DNA from: a candidate division WOR-3 bacterium
GTDB lineage: Bacteria; Hydrothermota; Tepidihabitantia; Tepidihabitantales; Tepidihabitantaceae
Assembly (NCBI GenBank): GCA_039801225.1
Contig: JBDRUH010000029.1
Coordinates: 1 to 17,201 of the forward strand
Direction of reading: 5' to 3'
DNA: 17,201 nt
The stretch's first letter is position 1. Every line of letters begins with the position of its first letter. The notes under the pieces were generated by a model that saw only the letters and a program-made list of their open reading frames with translations, made no database searches and was not told where the DNA came from. Shown here piece after piece: positions 14,417 through 17,201 of the stretch. The position numbers were made by a program, and so were the translations under genes.

Positions 14417-14985
14417 TGGAATTGAAGGAAATTCTTACCTGGCATTTTACTCGTTACCCTTTACTTCAAGCCGAAGATATTATTAAACTAATCTATCAAG
14501 GTGTTTTTGGACCCGGGCATCTCGTAAATAAGCGAGAGTCGTTTCGGGAAGTTGAGGAAAGATTAAAAAACGAGTTTGCCCGCCTCACTCCGCCGTCGGC
14601 TGTCAGCTGTCGCCCGGAATCGGGCGCCCGATTTGGGCGGCTGTTGGCCGGTAGTGAGGAAACCGAGCCTGTTGATCCTGACGGGTTACTGGTGCGGGTT
14701 AATTTAGCACCGATCGCCAATTCTCAGACACATCAGGTTTTACTCCAAAAAGCACTGAAGGAAACAATAAAGACCTTTACTCCTAACCCTTCACTTTTTC
14801 TACCTCGGATTGAACTGGCTCAAGAATGGTGCGAAAGATACCTGCCTAGCCAAAAAGAACGGTTGAAACTTTTAGAGGAGAACCTTAATTTCCCGCCTTC
14901 CCACTCCGAGATTTACCTGCAAACATACCGACCGGCTTACCGCGTTGTCCTCTTCCGGTTGTGGGTTTCCCCACACCGCATCTAA
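14416..14985 (+). CDS. Conserved hypothetical protein
   Basis: 189 aa, translationally coupled. Motif-like segments RYP....EDIIKLIYQGVFGPGHL, LVRVNL and HSEIY...YRPAYRVV. Confidence 0.75.
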   Translation: MELKEILTWHFTRYPLLQAEDIIKLIYQGVFGPGHLVNKRESFREVEERLKNEFARLTPPSAVSCRPESGARFGRLLAGSEETEPVDPDGLLVRVNLAPIANSQTHQVLLQKALKETIKTFTPNPSLFLPRIELAQEWCERYLPSQKERLKLLEENLNFPPSHSEIYLQTYRPAYRVVLFRLWVSPHRI

Positions 14986-15616
14986 GACAGAAATTTTTTA
15001 TCGGGCAGTCTTCACATTTCGGTCTTTTAGGTAAACAAACCGTCTGACCAAAAGCGACCAGCACTTTATTACACTCTACCCAGATGTGTTTAGGCAAAAT
15101 TTTCTGCAACTTTCTTTCGGTCTCCTCTGGTCGTTGTGAACTAACTAATCCCAGTCGGTTAAATATGCGGTGGACATGGATGTCAACTGCAATCGCTGGA
15201 ATACCAAACCCTTGGGAAAGAACTATGTTGGCAACCTTTCTGCCTACCCCGGGTAACCGGACAAGCCGCTTAAAGATATTAGGCACTTTGCCATTCTCCT
15301 CATCAATAATTATTTTTGCCAATCGGGGTAAAACCTGCGCCTTCTTTTTGTAAAACCCAACTGGATATATAAGTTTCATTACCTCTTTGGGGTTAAGTTT
15401 AGCCAGTGTCTGTGGGTCTGGTGCCCGGCAAAATAGTCGTTTTATCACTTCAGTGGTAACCCGGTCCTGAGTTCGGGTGGACAGGACCGCGCTAACTAAC
15501 ACCTGCCAGGGCTCATTTCGGGGCATCTTCTTCACGGGGGCTGACAGTTCCGGGTAAATCTTTTGTAAACGGCGAAAGATCAACTGAACTTTCTGATGCT
15601 TACTCTTAATTGTCAA
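14885..15616 (-). CDS. nth: Endonuclease III (HhH-GPD DNA glycosylase/AP lyase, 4Fe-4S)
   Basis: LVSAVLSTRTQD, IYPVGFY..KA, HhH LPGVGRKVAN, AVDIHVHR, and C-X6-C-X2-C-X5-C (CLPKRPKCEDCPIKNFC). The TTG start is uncertain. Confidence 0.93.
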   Translation of the reverse strand: MTIKSKHQKVQLIFRRLQKIYPELSAPVKKMPRNEPWQVLVSAVLSTRTQDRVTTEVIKRLFCRAPDPQTLAKLNPKEVMKLIYPVGFYKKKAQVLPRLAKIIIDEENGKVPNIFKRLVRLPGVGRKVANIVLSQGFGIPAIAVDIHVHRIFNRLGLVSSQRPEETERKLQKILPKHIWVECNKVLVAFGQTVCLPKRPKCEDCPIKNFCLRCGVGKPTTGRGQRGKPVGMFAGKSRSGKAGN

Positions 15617-15622
15617 AAGAGA

Positions 15623-16033
15623 CTAAAGTTTCAAAAGTTTTAAAATGGCGGTAAAACCCATCGTCATAATCAGGGCAAGGCTGAGGACGACTACAATCGG
15701 ATGCCAGCGCATAAACGGAGTAAGTTTGCCCGGCTGAGACCGCCCAAAGGTTACCAGAGCGGCAAGAAATATGAGCGCAGTAGAAATAATCGCCAGAGGT
15801 AAATGACCGAAAATCTTTACCTCTTCACCCCGACCACTGAGAATTGTGCTTATCCACAATCCTAAAAATAGATTGACAACAACGAGGGAGAAATAAATAA
15901 TGGTTTGGGTCCTTACCCGACGCAGAGGGAAATCCCATTCACCCAGCCGGGACAAACTTACCTGTCCAAGTATAATTCCATAAATCAGCGTTAAAACCGC
16001 CAGGACAGGATGAATAAAACCATACCAAGGCAT
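15623..16033 (-). CDS. Hypothetical 4-TM membrane protein with intramembrane histidines
   Basis: 136 aa with four hydrophobic helices; His in FIHPVL, FGHLPL and RWHPIV. Confidence 0.72.
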   Translation of the reverse strand: MPWYGFIHPVLAVLTLIYGIILGQVSLSRLGEWDFPLRRVRTQTIIYFSLVVVNLFLGLWISTILSGRGEEVKIFGHLPLAIISTALIFLAALVTFGRSQPGKLTPFMRWHPIVVVLSLALIMTMGFTAILKLLKL

Positions 16034-16061
16034 AATTTACTCTTTTTCGCCTGTTTTTGAA

Positions 16062-16132
16062 AGCGGCCAACGGGAATTGAACCCGTGTAACCGGCTTGGG
16101 AAGCCGGGGCTCTACCACTGAGCTATGGCCGC
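16062..16132 (-). tRNA. tRNA-Gly (anticodon CCC), CCA not encoded
   Basis: Reverse complement folds as GCGGCCA TA GCTC AGTGGTA GAGC C CCGGC TTCCCAA GCCGG TTAC ACGGG TTCAATT CCCGT TGGCCGC T. All four stems pair perfectly and the discriminator is U73. Confidence 0.97.
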
Positions 16133-16143
16133 ATAACTAAAAT

Positions 16144-16171
16144 AATATAAACCCATTAGAGGCTATGTCAA
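16144..16171 (-). promoter_or_regulatory. Putative promoter of tRNA-Gly (TTGACA-N16-TATATT)
   Basis: Minus strand: TTGACA at 16171-16166, TATATT at 16149-16144 (an alternative TATTAT would give N18); the tRNA begins at 16132. Confidence 0.65.
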
Positions 16172-16182
16172 GAAAGCAATTC

Positions 16183-16210
16183 TTGACTCTAGGCTATTTA
16201 AAAGCAAACT
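16183..16210 (+). promoter_or_regulatory. Possible promoter of cutA (TTGACT-N16-CAAACT)
   Basis: TTGACT at 16183-16188 and a weak -10 at 16205-16210; ATG at 16218 without SD. Confidence 0.4.
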
Positions 16211-16217
16211 TTAAGAA

Positions 16218-16556
16218 ATGGCCGAATATTTTCAAGTATTTATTACCACCCCTACTCAGGTAAGCGCCCAATCGATTTGTCAAAGGCTCTTAAGAGAACG
16301 ACTAATTGCCTGTGCGCAGATTTTGGGTCCGCTCAGAAGCAGTTACTGGTGGCGCGGAGAAATTAATAGAAGTAAAGAATGGCTCTGTATAGTTAAAACT
16401 GACCGGCGGCACTACCGGAAAATGGAAGAAAGAATTAAACAACTTCACCCTTACGAAATACCGGAAATTATCGGACTACCAATAGTCGTCAGTTTGGCTG
16501 AGTATCGTAATTGGCTCAAGAAAGAGTTGCCGAAAAATCGCCCGTCCCGAGGCTAA
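16218..16556 (+). CDS. cutA: Divalent-cation tolerance protein CutA
   Basis: 112 aa. ITTP, RLIACAQI, SSYWWRGEI...E, IVKT, LHPYEIPEII, Y..WL. Confidence 0.95.
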   Translation: MAEYFQVFITTPTQVSAQSICQRLLRERLIACAQILGPLRSSYWWRGEINRSKEWLCIVKTDRRHYRKMEERIKQLHPYEIPEIIGLPIVVSLAEYRNWLKKELPKNRPSRG

Positions 16557-16557
16557 T

Positions 16558-17201
16558 TTGGCTATTTCTGACCTTATTGCTAACCTTCAACACCCTGACC
16601 CGAAGGTCCGCAGCGCCACAATTGAACAGTTAGTTCGAGTGGGTACCGAGTCAGCGGCTGGGGCTTTGGTATTTTTGCTAGCCGACCCAGAACCAGAAAT
16701 ACGAGTTAAAGCAAAGGAAGCGCTCACTGCCCTCGGCAAAGCGGCAATTGAACCGGTGATTCGCTATCTCGCTAACTGGGAGGGTTCTATTGGAACAGTT
16801 ATTCCGGAACTTTTAGGCGACCTTGGTGCTCAAGCAGGAGTTGATATCCTCCTTAAACATCTCTCAGAAAAAGAGGAAGAAGTTCGGGCAGCAATTGCTC
16901 GCGCCCTTGGAAAAATAGGCACAGAAAAAGTTTTGCCTGGACTCTTAGAGTTGTTGCGCGATTTTAACCCTAAGGTACAAATAGCCGCAGCAGAAGCATT
17001 GGGCGAACTAGGCTTCAGTGAAGCGGTTAATCCTTTAATTGATGAATTACAGGATGATAATCCCGCGGTGCGTCGTGCTGCTGCAGCAGCACTGGGGAAA
17101 ATCGGTGATAAAAGTGCCGCCCTTTTTCTTTCTCAACTTTCCGCCAAAGAAAACATACTTGATGTGCGTCAGGCTGCAGAAAAGGCTTTAGAGGAAATAT
17201 C
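16558..17201 (+). CDS. HEAT/PBS-lyase repeat protein, 3'-truncated by the window end
   Basis: Not in the ORF track. Open frame from TTG at 16558 (GAGG at 16549-16552) reads MAISDLIANLQHPDPKVRSATIEQL...LADPEPEIRVKAKEAL...EEVRAAIARALGKIG...NPKVQIAAAEALGELG...DDNPAVRRAAAAALGKIGDK; about 31-aa repeats and no stop before 17201. Confidence 0.9.
   Translation, partial: MAISDLIANLQHPDPKVRSATIEQLVRVGTESAAGALVFLLADPEPEIRVKAKEALTALGKAAIEPVIRYLANWEGSIGTVIPELLGDLGAQAGVDILLKHLSEKEEEVRAAIARALGKIGTEKVLPGLLELLRDFNPKVQIAAAEALGELGFSEAVNPLIDELQDDNPAVRRAAAAALGKIGDKSAALFLSQLSAKENILDVRQAAEKALEEI

Noticed and set aside
16062..16132. tRNA-Gly as an integration site of a genomic island
   Set aside because: No duplicated tRNA 3' fragment or integrase was noticed, and the flanking genes look like housekeeping genes.

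Overview
A compact, gene-dense bacterial chromosomal segment. The secreted S8 protease with a FlgD-Ig/T9SS-type C-terminal domain, TolC and a lipoprotein suggest a diderm FCB-group organism, possibly WOR-3-like (inference). Left to right: a tandem TldD/TldE(PmbA) metalloprotease pair, both with apparent signal peptides; a convergent minus-strand operon (multidomain S8 peptidase, PKD/PQQ-like beta-propeller, Yip1-family membrane protein, TolC); a lipoprotein with an intrinsic terminator; a two-gene SOS mutagenesis cassette; a C-N hydrolase operon with two hypothetical genes; nth, a 4-TM protein and tRNA-Gly(CCC) on the minus strand; cutA; and a truncated HEAT-repeat gene. Main observations: (1) the SOS cassette pairs a LexA-type repressor carrying a UmuD-like cleavage loop with a Y-family polymerase, and its consensus promoter has a GTGAAC-N4-GTTCAC palindrome filling the spacer and appears leaderless; (2) six other candidate promoters all show a 16-bp -35/-10 spacer, while only the SOS cassette has 17 bp; (3) the TldDE pair appears to be exported. 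No CRISPR array, transposase or integrase was seen.
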